Shown here one piece after another: positions 51,381 to 60,979 of a DNA stretch of 64,000 nucleotides; within the stretch, counting starts at the first letter, position 1, and every line of letters begins with the position of its first letter. Origin of the DNA: Promethearchaeota archaeon (lineage in GTDB: Archaea > Asgardarchaeota > Lokiarchaeia > Sigyniarchaeales > SOKP01). Under the pieces are notes generated by a model that saw nothing but the letters and a program-made list of their open reading frames with translations, was not told the DNA's origin and did no database searches. The stretch covers positions 216,816-280,815 of the forward strand of contig JAHPZI010000022.1 of NCBI GenBank assembly GCA_019058295.1, read 5' to 3'. Both the position numbers and the translations under genes were made by a program.

Positions 51381-52877
51381 TTAAATTAAACTTATATCAA
51401 TATTGCCCAAAATTGCGTCTGCGCATTTAAATCCGCTGTCACAAGCATGTTGAGTCCCTATACCATGGGCCGTTTTTCCTGCTGTATCTCCGACTACGTA
51501 CAATCCTTCAATTTCATGAAGTACTGAAGAAGGCTTGTATTTACCAGTTTGTTTCGGCGTTAAGCCTAGACCTTCAACAGGTCCTTCTGGTTTTCCTGTA
51601 GCAGCTATAATATCTCTTGGATAAGAAACATCTACAAAATCAAGATTTTCATCTAAGTCTGGAAAGAACGTTCGTAGGTCCTCCCAATAAATTTCTCTCC
51701 ACCTTTCCCAATCTGGACCTTTAGAAGGCACAAGCGTCCCAAATATTGCGGTTTGATGCCCTTTTGGAGCAAGTTTCGGATTTATATTGCTTAAAACAGG
51801 TCCAAAAAATCCGTTGGATAGTGGAGCTCCAGGACCGTATTTTTTATCTCCCCAGTCGTGTAAAGTTGGATGATAACAATTAATAAAACTCCATTTCTTA
51901 ATCATCGGTTTATTTAATGCAAGTTTGAAAGTCATCGAAGATAAAGATGGAGTTAAACTTTCTATTTTTTCAATATATTTTTTTTCAAAATAATCTTTTC
52001 CAACTAAGCTAAGAATCGTCCATTTAATTGAAAGATTGGAAATTACAATCGGAGCTTCTATCAATTCCTCACCAACTATTACACCTTGAGCCTTATTTCC
52101 CTTAATTACAATACTTTTAACTGGAGAATTTATAAGTATCTCACCACCAAAATGTCTAATCACTTTAGCAATAGCATCGGGAATGGCTTGCGCACCACCA
52201 CCAATAGGATATTGATAACCGGCCTGAGAGGTCAGCTCTGTTTTAAAACAATGAATAAACTCGGCAACGCTCGCCTTCGCATTACCTATACAAAACATAC
52301 CGGCAAGTAAAAAGGCAAAAATTCCATGAATAAAAGAATCATCTGTAAACGTATTTAGCCATTGTGTAACCGTTAACTCCTCCTCATATAATTTATTCAG
52401 TTTCTTCTTAGTCATTGTTAAAATGGATTTCATTATTGCCATCAAATCTTTGATTGTATTTTTAGTAAAGCCCATGTTTTTTAAGCCATTTATATTACTT
52501 CTTGAACTACCACTAGCTTCTTTCTTGCTACCTCTTGGTTGCAATGTTTTAAATAATGAATTTATATTGATATCTAAAGGAAAATAACCCTCTTGCTTGT
52601 ATATTTTCATTGCTGTTTTTTCATTAATGTGTTTTATAAATTTAAGGTAATCTAAACCACATCTGTCAAAAACCTTTCCAAATGGACCATTTAATCCCAT
52701 TGAAAACATATGAACTGCTCGGTCGAAAGTATAACCTTTTTTTTCATACGAACTGCAAGCCCCACCAATATAAGAGTTCTTTTCTAAAATTGTTACTTTA
52801 TGGCCTCCATGAGCAAGTAGGGCTCCAGCAGTTAATCCTCCAATACCAGCTCCGATAATAATAACATTTTCTTTCAT
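51381..52877 (-). CDS. Phytoene desaturase-like FAD-dependent oxidoreductase
   Basis: GAGIGG, GG..SSYEKKGYTFD, YPIGG, IEGLYVVGD. Confidence 0.85.
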   Translation of the reverse strand: MKENVIIIGAGIGGLTAGALLAHGGHKVTILEKNSYIGGACSSYEKKGYTFDRAVHMFSMGLNGPFGKVFDRCGLDYLKFIKHINEKTAMKIYKQEGYFPLDININSLFKTLQPRGSKKEASGSSRSNINGLKNMGFTKNTIKDLMAIMKSILTMTKKKLNKLYEEELTVTQWLNTFTDDSFIHGIFAFLLAGMFCIGNAKASVAEFIHCFKTELTSQAGYQYPIGGGAQAIPDAIAKVIRHFGGEILINSPVKSIVIKGNKAQGVIVGEELIEAPIVISNLSIKWTILSLVGKDYFEKKYIEKIESLTPSLSSMTFKLALNKPMIKKWSFINCYHPTLHDWGDKKYGPGAPLSNGFFGPVLSNINPKLAPKGHQTAIFGTLVPSKGPDWERWREIYWEDLRTFFPDLDENLDFVDVSYPRDIIAATGKPEGPVEGLGLTPKQTGKYKPSSVLHEIEGLYVVGDTAGKTAHGIGTQHACDSGFKCADAILGNIDISLI

Positions 52878-53179
52878 AAAAATACTTAATACTTAAAATA
52901 TAAAAAGATTATTTGCAGGATCAAACAAAAAATAAAAAATAAATAAAAATTTTACTTTCTACCAAATTTCGAGTCATAAAATTACCTCGAACGCTTTTAG
53001 AAAACATAGCAATTATTTCATTAGTATCTTCATCAATAAAATCGCCTTAAATATAAATTTCTTGTATGGATGTTAATAATATTTAATGATATTAACTCAC
53101 TTAATTATTTTGAGAAAGTATCAATATTATTTAATAAAGTATTTGAAAAAAAAATAATAATATAGAATTAGATTTTAAT

Positions 53180-54694
53180 ATGAATTCAGACCTCAGAAAA
53201 TTGAAAATCTTATTAATAAATCCACCTACTTCAGTGGTGTTGCTAAATTTAGGATTAGCATATATCGGAGCTAGCTTATTAGAGGGAGGCCATAATGTTA
53301 AAATTTTAGATCTAAATTTAACTAGATATAAAAAAAGAAAAGTTAAAAATTTATTAAAATCAACAAATTACGATGTGTATGGAATAGGATGTATGATTGT
53401 TGCTTACGATTATACTGTATTCTTAAGTAAAATCATAAAAAAATACCATCCAAATTCATTAATAGTAGCTGGGGGTAGTGTTGCCTCTAGTATCCCTGAA
53501 ATTTTATTAAGCACCTCTGAGGTTGATATCGCAGTTTTAGGAGAAGGAGAGTTTACAATTAAAGATATTACAAAAAAAATTTCTGCAAATGATACGGATT
53601 ATTCTACCATTGAAGGTATTTATTTTAAGAAGAATGGGCAAATTATTAAAACTAAAGATAGAGACCCCATTGAAAATCTTGATTCGGTCCCAATACCCGC
53701 CATACATTTATTTAATATGAAAGCATATATTAAGCTGAGATATTATCCCTTATGCACAACAAGAGGATGTCCATTCCATTGCACATTTTGTTACCACTAT
53801 TACAAAGGATATAGGGTCAGAAGACATTCTACTGAAAGAATTATAAAAGAAATAAAATTAATTTTACAAAAATATAAAAATACTTCTATTTATATTGTTG
53901 ATGATAATTTTACATACGATAAAAAGCTTGTATTAGAATTTTGTGATGCTCTTGAGAAAGAAAATTTAAAAGTTAAATGGACTGCGTCTTCCAGAGTATC
54001 CGTTATGGATGAAGAATTGATTAAAAGAATGAAAGAATGTGGTTGTGTTGCTTTACAATTTGGCATAGAATCGGGGAGCCAAATTATTTTGAATAATATA
54101 AAGAAACAATCGACAGTAGAACAGGCAAAAAATGCTCTAATATTATGTAAAAAATATAGAATATTGCCAATGTGTTCTTTTATGATTGGAAATCAAGGAG
54201 AAAATTACCGGACCGCAATGGAAACCTATAAGTTTATTAAAGAATTTTATCAACCTATAAGTTTTTTAAAAAGCTTCTTCTTTTTTTTGCCAATACCATT
54301 CCCTAAAACTGAAATTTATGAATATGCTAAGAAAAATGGACTAATAAAAAATGAGTTAAAGCTGATTAAATCATTTAAAAATGAGAATTTTGAACGTCAT
54401 CAATCCCTACCAGTGAATTTTAGTGAGCTTTCTGATAAAAAATTGTTACAATTAAAGATATCTTTAGAGCGATTAATTAAATCTCGAATTTTCTTCAAAA
54501 ATTATTATTTAGATATCGCTTTAGGAAAGTATTTTAAAATTATTGTTTACACAAGGGGTTTAAAGGCTAAAATTAAAAAGATTTTAAAATTATTTTATAA
54601 TTATTTTCATTTTTCTATTTTTTTTAAATTGAACTTATTTCAAATTTTTAAATTATTATTTACTCAAAATTATGGAGAAATCAAATTTCCATAA
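53180..54694 (+). CDS. Cobalamin-binding radical SAM protein (class B methyltransferase-like)
   Basis: LLINPP, LGLAYI, GEGE, TRGCPFHCTFC, DDNF, GIESGS. Confidence 0.92.
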   Translation: MNSDLRKLKILLINPPTSVVLLNLGLAYIGASLLEGGHNVKILDLNLTRYKKRKVKNLLKSTNYDVYGIGCMIVAYDYTVFLSKIIKKYHPNSLIVAGGSVASSIPEILLSTSEVDIAVLGEGEFTIKDITKKISANDTDYSTIEGIYFKKNGQIIKTKDRDPIENLDSVPIPAIHLFNMKAYIKLRYYPLCTTRGCPFHCTFCYHYYKGYRVRRHSTERIIKEIKLILQKYKNTSIYIVDDNFTYDKKLVLEFCDALEKENLKVKWTASSRVSVMDEELIKRMKECGCVALQFGIESGSQIILNNIKKQSTVEQAKNALILCKKYRILPMCSFMIGNQGENYRTAMETYKFIKEFYQPISFLKSFFFFLPIPFPKTEIYEYAKKNGLIKNELKLIKSFKNENFERHQSLPVNFSELSDKKLLQLKISLERLIKSRIFFKNYYLDIALGKYFKIIVYTRGLKAKIKKILKLFYNYFHFSIFFKLNLFQIFKLLFTQNYGEIKFP

Positions 54695-54699
54695 AGAAC

Positions 54700-55698
54700 C
54701 TATTGTTTTTCTTTGAGAAGAACTAAATCTTTTTTTTCTTTTTTTTTTTTTTTCCTATATATTAAAAATTTATTGAAGCTTCTTCTAATATTTTTATTAA
54801 TTTTTGGTGATAGAAGTGGTGAGACTAATTTTAAAATGTGAGAAAAAGCATAACGCATTTTCATTTCTCGAATATAGGCTCTAATTATAAGAGAGGGTCT
54901 TAGATTTTTTGGATAATGACGTTTCATTGAAATAAAATGCAAAAATTTAACTTTTTTATCATTATATCGTCTCCCAAAAAATGTATAATTGTATATACTG
55001 CTAGGAAAAATCTTGATCCTATATTGTAAATTAGCTAATTTTATTATTCCAATATTATATTCCTTATATAATAATTCTCTATTTCTTTTTCTTATCATAT
55101 TAAATAAAGAGGTTTGTTCCATTAATACTACGTTTTGTTGGTTCATTTCTTTTATCCATTCTTGAATAAATATTTGCATTGGTTTAGAATTTAATTTAAA
55201 AAAAATTATAGCTGAATTAACTCCCTTCATCCAACCAAAAGTCCCCTTCGGAATATATTTAAATAGAATTAAAAAGTTTACATTAACAGTTAAACCTATA
55301 TCATAATTATCTTGAAATATTTCATCAATAGGATTTATTAATATAGCATCTCCATCAAAAAAGATTAAATTTTCTTTAATTCTCTTAGCACAATCTAATA
55401 TACAGATAGGTTTTTGGTTAAGGATATATTCCCTTTTTCTCGGAAGCCCTACGCGGTTTTCCATATCGTGTGTATATTTTATCGTTTTGTAACCATGTTC
55501 TCTATCTAATTTGTCAGTCCAATCGATTAAGATCGTATTAGGATAAGTCCTAATTTTTTTTTTTTGAGAGGGTGCAAAACCCCAATCATAGATATATAAT
55601 TTTGCCGTGGGATAAAATTTAAACACTTGCTTTATGGAAAAATGAATGAGAGGAAAAAAATCTTTATCTCCAATTGTTATAAAATTTATTTCATTCAT
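54700..55698 (-). CDS. GT-A glycosyltransferase (nucleotide-diphospho-sugar transferase/GT77-like), paralogue 1
   Basis: FITIGD, YDWG, KP..ILD, FFDGDA (DxD), NSAIIFF, EQ, KFLHF. Confidence 0.72.
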   Translation of the reverse strand: MNEINFITIGDKDFFPLIHFSIKQVFKFYPTAKLYIYDWGFAPSQKKKIRTYPNTILIDWTDKLDREHGYKTIKYTHDMENRVGLPRKREYILNQKPICILDCAKRIKENLIFFDGDAILINPIDEIFQDNYDIGLTVNVNFLILFKYIPKGTFGWMKGVNSAIIFFKLNSKPMQIFIQEWIKEMNQQNVVLMEQTSLFNMIRKRNRELLYKEYNIGIIKLANLQYRIKIFPSSIYNYTFFGRRYNDKKVKFLHFISMKRHYPKNLRPSLIIRAYIREMKMRYAFSHILKLVSPLLSPKINKNIRRSFNKFLIYRKKKKKEKKDLVLLKEKQ

Positions 55699-55854
55699 TT
55701 AAGATGCGTAAAATAATCAAAAATCTTATAATTTCAAGGTTATTAAAATATTAAATTAATCGAAATAAAAATTTTATGTTTCAATTTGATTGATATAGAT
55801 TTTAGAAAAACATGGTTAAAAAGTAAAACTTCTAAAAAATCTAATAATTTTGGA

Positions 55855-56853
55855 TTAAATTTTCTTTGAGAAGGAGTAATTCCTTTTTTTTTTCTTTTTT
55901 TTTTTCCTATATATCAAAAATTTATTAAAGCTTACAATAATTTTTTTCTTAATTTTTGGTAATAGAATTAATGAAAATGCTCTTAAAAAGTGATAAAAAG
56001 CCATACGTATTTTCATTTCTCGAATATAGTCTCTAATTATGAAGGATTTACTTAGATTTTTTGGATAATGACGTCTCATTGATACAAGATGTAAAAATTT
56101 AACTTTTTTATCATTATACCGTACTCCAATCTGCATATAGTTGTATATTCTGGTGGGAAAAATCTTGATCCTATATTGTAAATCAGCTAATTTTATTATT
56201 CCAATATTATATTCCTTATATAATATTTCTCTATTTCTCTTTATTATTATATTAAATAAAGAGTTTTGTTCTATCATAAAAATTCCTTTATAAGTTTTAA
56301 TTTCATTTATCCATTCTTGAATAAATATTTGCATTGGTTTAGAATTTAATTTAAAAAAAATTATAGCTGAATTAACTCCCTTCATCCAACCAAAAGTCCC
56401 CTTCGGAATATATTTAAATAGAATTAAAAAGTTTACATTAACAGTTAAACCTATATCATAATTATCTTGAAATATTTCATCAATAGGATTTATTAATATA
56501 GCATCTCCATCAAAAAAAATTAAATTTTCCTTAACTCTTTTCGCACAATCCAACATACAGAAAGGTTTTTGATTGAGCATATTTTCCCTTTTTCTTGTAA
56601 GTCTTACCCGGTTATCCATATCATGAGTATATCTTATCGTTTTGTATCCATTTTCTTTATCTAGTTTTTTAGTCCAATCGATTAAGATAGTATTAGGAAA
56701 AGTACTAATTTTTTTTTTTTGATATAGTGTAAAGCCCCAATCATAGATAAATAATTTTGAGGTTGGGTAAAATTTTAACACTTGCTTTATGGAAAAATGA
56801 ATGAGAGGAAAAAAATTTTCATCGCCAATTGTTATGAAATTGATTTCTTTCAT
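55855..56853 (-). CDS. GT-A glycosyltransferase, paralogue 2
   Basis: Same motifs; 212-bp block identical to paralogue 1. Confidence 0.72.
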   Translation of the reverse strand: MKEINFITIGDENFFPLIHFSIKQVLKFYPTSKLFIYDWGFTLYQKKKISTFPNTILIDWTKKLDKENGYKTIRYTHDMDNRVRLTRKRENMLNQKPFCMLDCAKRVKENLIFFDGDAILINPIDEIFQDNYDIGLTVNVNFLILFKYIPKGTFGWMKGVNSAIIFFKLNSKPMQIFIQEWINEIKTYKGIFMIEQNSLFNIIIKRNREILYKEYNIGIIKLADLQYRIKIFPTRIYNYMQIGVRYNDKKVKFLHLVSMRRHYPKNLSKSFIIRDYIREMKIRMAFYHFLRAFSLILLPKIKKKIIVSFNKFLIYRKKKKKKKRNYSFSKKI

Positions 56854-56877
56854 ATCCTTAAAAAAATCTGGTTAAAT

Positions 56878-57870
56878 TTACCTAAATATTTTTTTTTTAT
56901 CCTTTTTCAATAGTTTATTGATAGCTTTATTTAAATTTACTCTTTCAACTTTTATTTTAATAAATTCATTTTTAGCTTTAATATCTTTTTCTTCAGGTTT
57001 AATTAAAAGCCAAGGGATATTTACTAATGAAGGAATTCTAATATTAAAATCGTGTCCGTAAAATTTAATTGGGAGCAGAGTATGTATTTTATCACCAAAA
57101 GCTTCTCCATGATCTGCAGTGACAACCGTGGTGCCTGGTAATAATTCAATAAGTCTTTCTACAAAAGGCAATACCAATTTTAAATTTTTAATATAACCTT
57201 TTATTTGAAAATCATTTTTCAATAAACGAAATAGCCTAATTGCATATATTGAAAATGGACTTTTTTTGAAATTTGTATTGTAAAAATCTATTTGATTATT
57301 TATTTGAATCTTTTTTTTGATATTTTCTTTAAAATTCTCCTTTAAATCATCTCTGGAATATCCTATATAAGGAAAATGAGGTTGCATAAAGTGGATAATC
57401 AATCTTTTATTAGGGTAATTAATTAGAGCATTTAATGCATAATAATACATAGTTTCGGGTAACACGGTAAAATATTGAGGATCCCATCCCTCCTTCCATA
57501 CTGAAATTATCTTATGAACATTAGTTTTACAGTACATGTCGACATATGGAGTAGAAGTGAGATATACTATGTCATCATATCTCTTCTTTCTAAAACTTTT
57601 TAAAAGGAATTCAACGGTATGAGTCCCTATAGAAAACATTTTATGAAGTGTACCCTTTATTTTTCTTTTTATAAATAGACTTTTAAAAGCATCGTATCTA
57701 CAAGCATCTAAGATGATTAAATTATCCCATTCTTTATCCAGAAAATTAGATCCTTTATTTCTTCTATAGAGGAGCATATTAATTATCTTTCTTAAAAAAA
57801 TAAAATATGAATCAAATAGATTGTTAGCGGCTTTAATTTCTTTTATAATTTTAATGCTCTTAAAAATCAT
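56878..57870 (-). CDS. Alkaline phosphatase superfamily (AlkP-core) protein
   Basis: LIILDACRYD, GTHT, HFMQPHFPY, TADHGE, YGH, IPW. Confidence 0.82.
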   Translation of the reverse strand: MIFKSIKIIKEIKAANNLFDSYFIFLRKIINMLLYRRNKGSNFLDKEWDNLIILDACRYDAFKSLFIKRKIKGTLHKMFSIGTHTVEFLLKSFRKKRYDDIVYLTSTPYVDMYCKTNVHKIISVWKEGWDPQYFTVLPETMYYYALNALINYPNKRLIIHFMQPHFPYIGYSRDDLKENFKENIKKKIQINNQIDFYNTNFKKSPFSIYAIRLFRLLKNDFQIKGYIKNLKLVLPFVERLIELLPGTTVVTADHGEAFGDKIHTLLPIKFYGHDFNIRIPSLVNIPWLLIKPEEKDIKAKNEFIKIKVERVNLNKAINKLLKKDKKKIFR

Positions 57871-57907
57871 TTTTTAGTGCTATTTCCCCAATTCTACTTA
57901 AAATTAA

Positions 57908-58609
57908 TTAATCATGACCCAGATTCTCTAAAAATTTTTTTTTAAAAAGATATAATCTAAATTTTATCGCGGAAAGAACCATATTCAAATTTAAACTCTC
58001 ATTAGCAGATTTATCTATAATTCCCTTATATTTCCAAACTTTAGGATTACCTCGCGTCTTATACTCAAATTTTTGATAATTTAACATTTCGGGCTCAAAA
58101 TCTACACCAATAAATTTACATACATTTAAAAAAGTCTCTACTGGTTTTGAAACCATATCATTATACTTTACTTTTACATAATCAAAATTATTTATTATGT
58201 AATGCTTACATATAAAGAATCTTACTAAATTTTTAATAGGGAGTATAAAAGGCAACCCTTTCATTCTATAAAAAAGTCTCCACATAAAACTTCTTGTCAG
58301 AATGATGTATTTTGCCTTTTTACCTAAGGCTCTATTAATTAAAACAATTTGCTTTTTATGGTTATATCTGCTTGTTATTAAAAATTCTTTTTGAATTAAA
58401 AGCGCATTTAAATATTTTTGAAATCCTTGTGAAATTTTCCACTGAAGATTATATAAATTGGAAAGATATATTGGCCTAGCATTATCTTCATGTTCAACAT
58501 AAACTTTGGAATTTGAATTTAAAATGTAAGCCATAAGTGTTGAACCGGAACTTGGTAAACTTACCATAAAGAAATATGGATTTTTTTCTTTAGAATTTAT
58601 TAATTTCAC
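57908..58609 (-). CDS. Sulfotransferase-fold protein
   Basis: SLPSSGSTLM (5'-PSB-like), LTR, VKYNDMV..P...VCKFIGVDFEPEML. Confidence 0.75.
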   Translation of the reverse strand: MKLINSKEKNPYFFMVSLPSSGSTLMAYILNSNSKVYVEHEDNARPIYLSNLYNLQWKISQGFQKYLNALLIQKEFLITSRYNHKKQIVLINRALGKKAKYIILTRSFMWRLFYRMKGLPFILPIKNLVRFFICKHYIINNFDYVKVKYNDMVSKPVETFLNVCKFIGVDFEPEMLNYQKFEYKTRGNPKVWKYKGIIDKSANESLNLNMVLSAIKFRLYLFKKKFLENLGHD

Positions 58610-59562
58610 CTAATATTTTTACTTTTTATAATTTTTTTCAATTTTTCTCTTTCAATCGCAATTTTAATAAACTCTTTTTTAAAGCTAACATCTTTTTCTT
58701 CAGGTTTGACTAAAAGCCAAGGAATTTCGACCAATGAGGGTATTCTAATATTTATATCATGGCCATAAAATTTAATTGGGAATAAATTATGCATTTTTTC
58801 TCCAAAAGCTTCTCCATGATCCGTAGAGACTGCTGTCTTACCAGGGAGGATTTCTATTAGTTTTTCAACAAAAGGGAGAACTAAATTTAGATTCTTTATA
58901 TATGCTTTAATTTGAAACTCATCTTTCAATATACCAAAGATTCTTAGGGTATATAATGAAAATAGAGATTTTTTAAACTTTTTGTCTAAAAAATATATTC
59001 CATCATTATTATCAATTTTTTTTTTCATTTCTTCTCTAACATTTCTCCTTAAATCTTTTATAGAATAACCTATATAGGGAAAATGGGGTTGCATGAAATG
59101 GATAATTAACCTTTTGTTAGGATAGTTAATAAGGGCTTCCATAGCATAATCGAACATCGATTCAGGAGTAACAGTAAGAAAATGTGGGTCCCAACCATAT
59201 TTCCAAACTGAAATTATTTTATGAAAATTATTTTTACAGTACATATTTACGTACGGTGTGGACGTAAGATATACGATATCATCATATTTCTTATTCTTAA
59301 AATTTTCTAATAGATATTCAATGGTATGTGCCCCTCTCGATATCTTTTTAAAAAGTTTCCCTTTAATTTTTCTTTTTAAGTAGAGTTTTCTAAAAATATC
59401 GTATCTACAACCATCTAAAATAATTAAATTATCCCAATCTTCATCAAGGATATAAAAACCATGATTTTTTCTGAAAAAAAATGTTTTAGCGAATTTTCTT
59501 ACTAATAGGTAATATAAATCAAATAATGTGTTATGTTCTTTAATGGCATTTATTAAATCCAT
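58606..59562 (-). CDS. AlkP-core protein, paralogue of 56878..57870
   Basis: LIILDGCRYD, GAHT, HFMQPHFPY, STDHGE, YGH, IPW. Confidence 0.82.
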   Translation of the reverse strand: MDLINAIKEHNTLFDLYYLLVRKFAKTFFFRKNHGFYILDEDWDNLIILDGCRYDIFRKLYLKRKIKGKLFKKISRGAHTIEYLLENFKNKKYDDIVYLTSTPYVNMYCKNNFHKIISVWKYGWDPHFLTVTPESMFDYAMEALINYPNKRLIIHFMQPHFPYIGYSIKDLRRNVREEMKKKIDNNDGIYFLDKKFKKSLFSLYTLRIFGILKDEFQIKAYIKNLNLVLPFVEKLIEILPGKTAVSTDHGEAFGEKMHNLFPIKFYGHDINIRIPSLVEIPWLLVKPEEKDVSFKKEFIKIAIEREKLKKIIKSKNIR

Positions 59563-59750
59563 GATCTTGAAAAGTATTCCTTAGTAAAATACATATTATT
59601 ATAATGGATTACATTTATTTTAGATTTTAAGTTTAATTAAATTCTAATCAAATATATCGAATGTTAATTATTTGAAAAGATATCAAAAAGAAAAACCAAT
59701 CATTTGGAATAAAAAGATTAAATATATAAACATTTTTGAAGATTGGTGAA

Positions 59751-59862
59751 GATTGAATATTGCTTTTTTCACAGAAACCTTACACATTTATCCGTATCGT
59801 GTGTATATCTTATCGGTTTGTACCCAATTTCTTTATCTAGTTTGCCAGTCCAATCGATTAAG
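59751..59862 (-). pseudogene. Decayed internal fragment of a fifth glycosyltransferase paralogue
   Basis: Minus strand reads LIDWTGKLDKEIGYKPIRYTHDTDKCVRFL*KKQY, versus LIDWTKKLDKENGYKTIRYTHDMDNRVRLTRKREN in paralogue 2. Confidence 0.85.
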
Positions 59863-59895
59863 CTTATGTTCGAATGAGAACATATTGTTTTTATT

Positions 59896-60849
59896 TTAAA
59901 AGGAGTAAATCTTTTTTTTTTTCCTAAATTTTAAAAAAGATTTCAAACTTCTCCTAATTTTTCTATAAATTTTTGGTGATAGAATTGGTGAAACTAATTT
60001 TAAAATTTGAAAAAAAGGATAACTTATTTTAATTTGTCGAATATAGTCTCTAATTATGAGGGATTTACTTAAATTTGGATTATAATATTTTATTGTATTA
60101 AAATGCAAAATTTTTACTTTTTTATCATTATATCCCTCAATAATTCTATAAAAATTGTAAATCGGAATAGGAAAAGCTTTAATTTTAAATTCTGTATCAG
60201 ATATTTTTATGATCCCTGAATTATAATTGTTATTAAATATCTCCTTATTTCTATCTTTTATTAGAGTAACCAAAGAAGTTTGTTCCATTAAAAGTAGATC
60301 ACTTGTATTAATTTCATTTATCCATTCTTGAATAAATATCCGCATTGGTTTAGAATTTAATTTAAAAAAAATTACACCTGAATTAATTCCCCATTTCAAA
60401 TTGGAAAGCCCTTTCAAAATATTTTTACGAAAGCGAATAGTTAAACCTATATCGTAATTATCTTCAAATATTTCATCAATAGGATTTATTAATATTACAT
60501 CACCATCAAAAAAGATTAAATTTTCTTTAATTCTCTTAGCACAATCCAATATACAAAACGGTTTTTGATTATAGAGATATTCCATTTTTCTTTGAATCTT
60601 TATAAGCGTATCCCTATAGTACGTTTTTTTTATTTTTTTATACCCATGTTCTCTATCTAATTTATCCGCCCAGTCGATTAAGATCGTATTAGGATAAGTA
60701 TTAATTTTTTTTTTTTGAGAAAGTGTAAAGCCCCAATCATAGATAAAAAATTTTGAGGTTGGATAAAATTTTAATACTTGTTTTATTGAAACATTAATGA
60801 AAGGAAAGAAATTCTTATCTCCGATTGTTATGAAATTTATTTCTCTCAT
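59896..60849 (-). CDS. GT-A glycosyltransferase, paralogue 3
   Basis: MREINFITIGD start matches the paralogues; FFDGD, NSGVIFF, EQ. Confidence 0.72.
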   Translation of the reverse strand: MREINFITIGDKNFFPFINVSIKQVLKFYPTSKFFIYDWGFTLSQKKKINTYPNTILIDWADKLDREHGYKKIKKTYYRDTLIKIQRKMEYLYNQKPFCILDCAKRIKENLIFFDGDVILINPIDEIFEDNYDIGLTIRFRKNILKGLSNLKWGINSGVIFFKLNSKPMRIFIQEWINEINTSDLLLMEQTSLVTLIKDRNKEIFNNNYNSGIIKISDTEFKIKAFPIPIYNFYRIIEGYNDKKVKILHFNTIKYYNPNLSKSLIIRDYIRQIKISYPFFQILKLVSPILSPKIYRKIRRSLKSFLKFRKKKKIYSF

Positions 60850-60979
60850 TAAAGAAAAGATCAAATTGGTAAGTTATTAAATATTATTAATAATAAATTT
60901 ATTAAGTATTACTTTAAAAATTTCTACAATCTATTAAAGAATAAGCTATTTTATCAATTAAATTTTACCAAATGTTTAT

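Noticed and set aside
52880-53179. Possible gene remnant or att site at the island boundary (minus strand GDFIDEDTNEIIAMFSKS...)
   Set aside because: No start codon for the N-terminal part, no recognisable homology, and no tRNA, integrase or matching repeat seen.
59751-59862. GT fragment as a DGR template repeat
   Set aside because: Differences from the GT genes are not confined to template adenines, it has an in-frame stop, and no RT/Avd is nearby.
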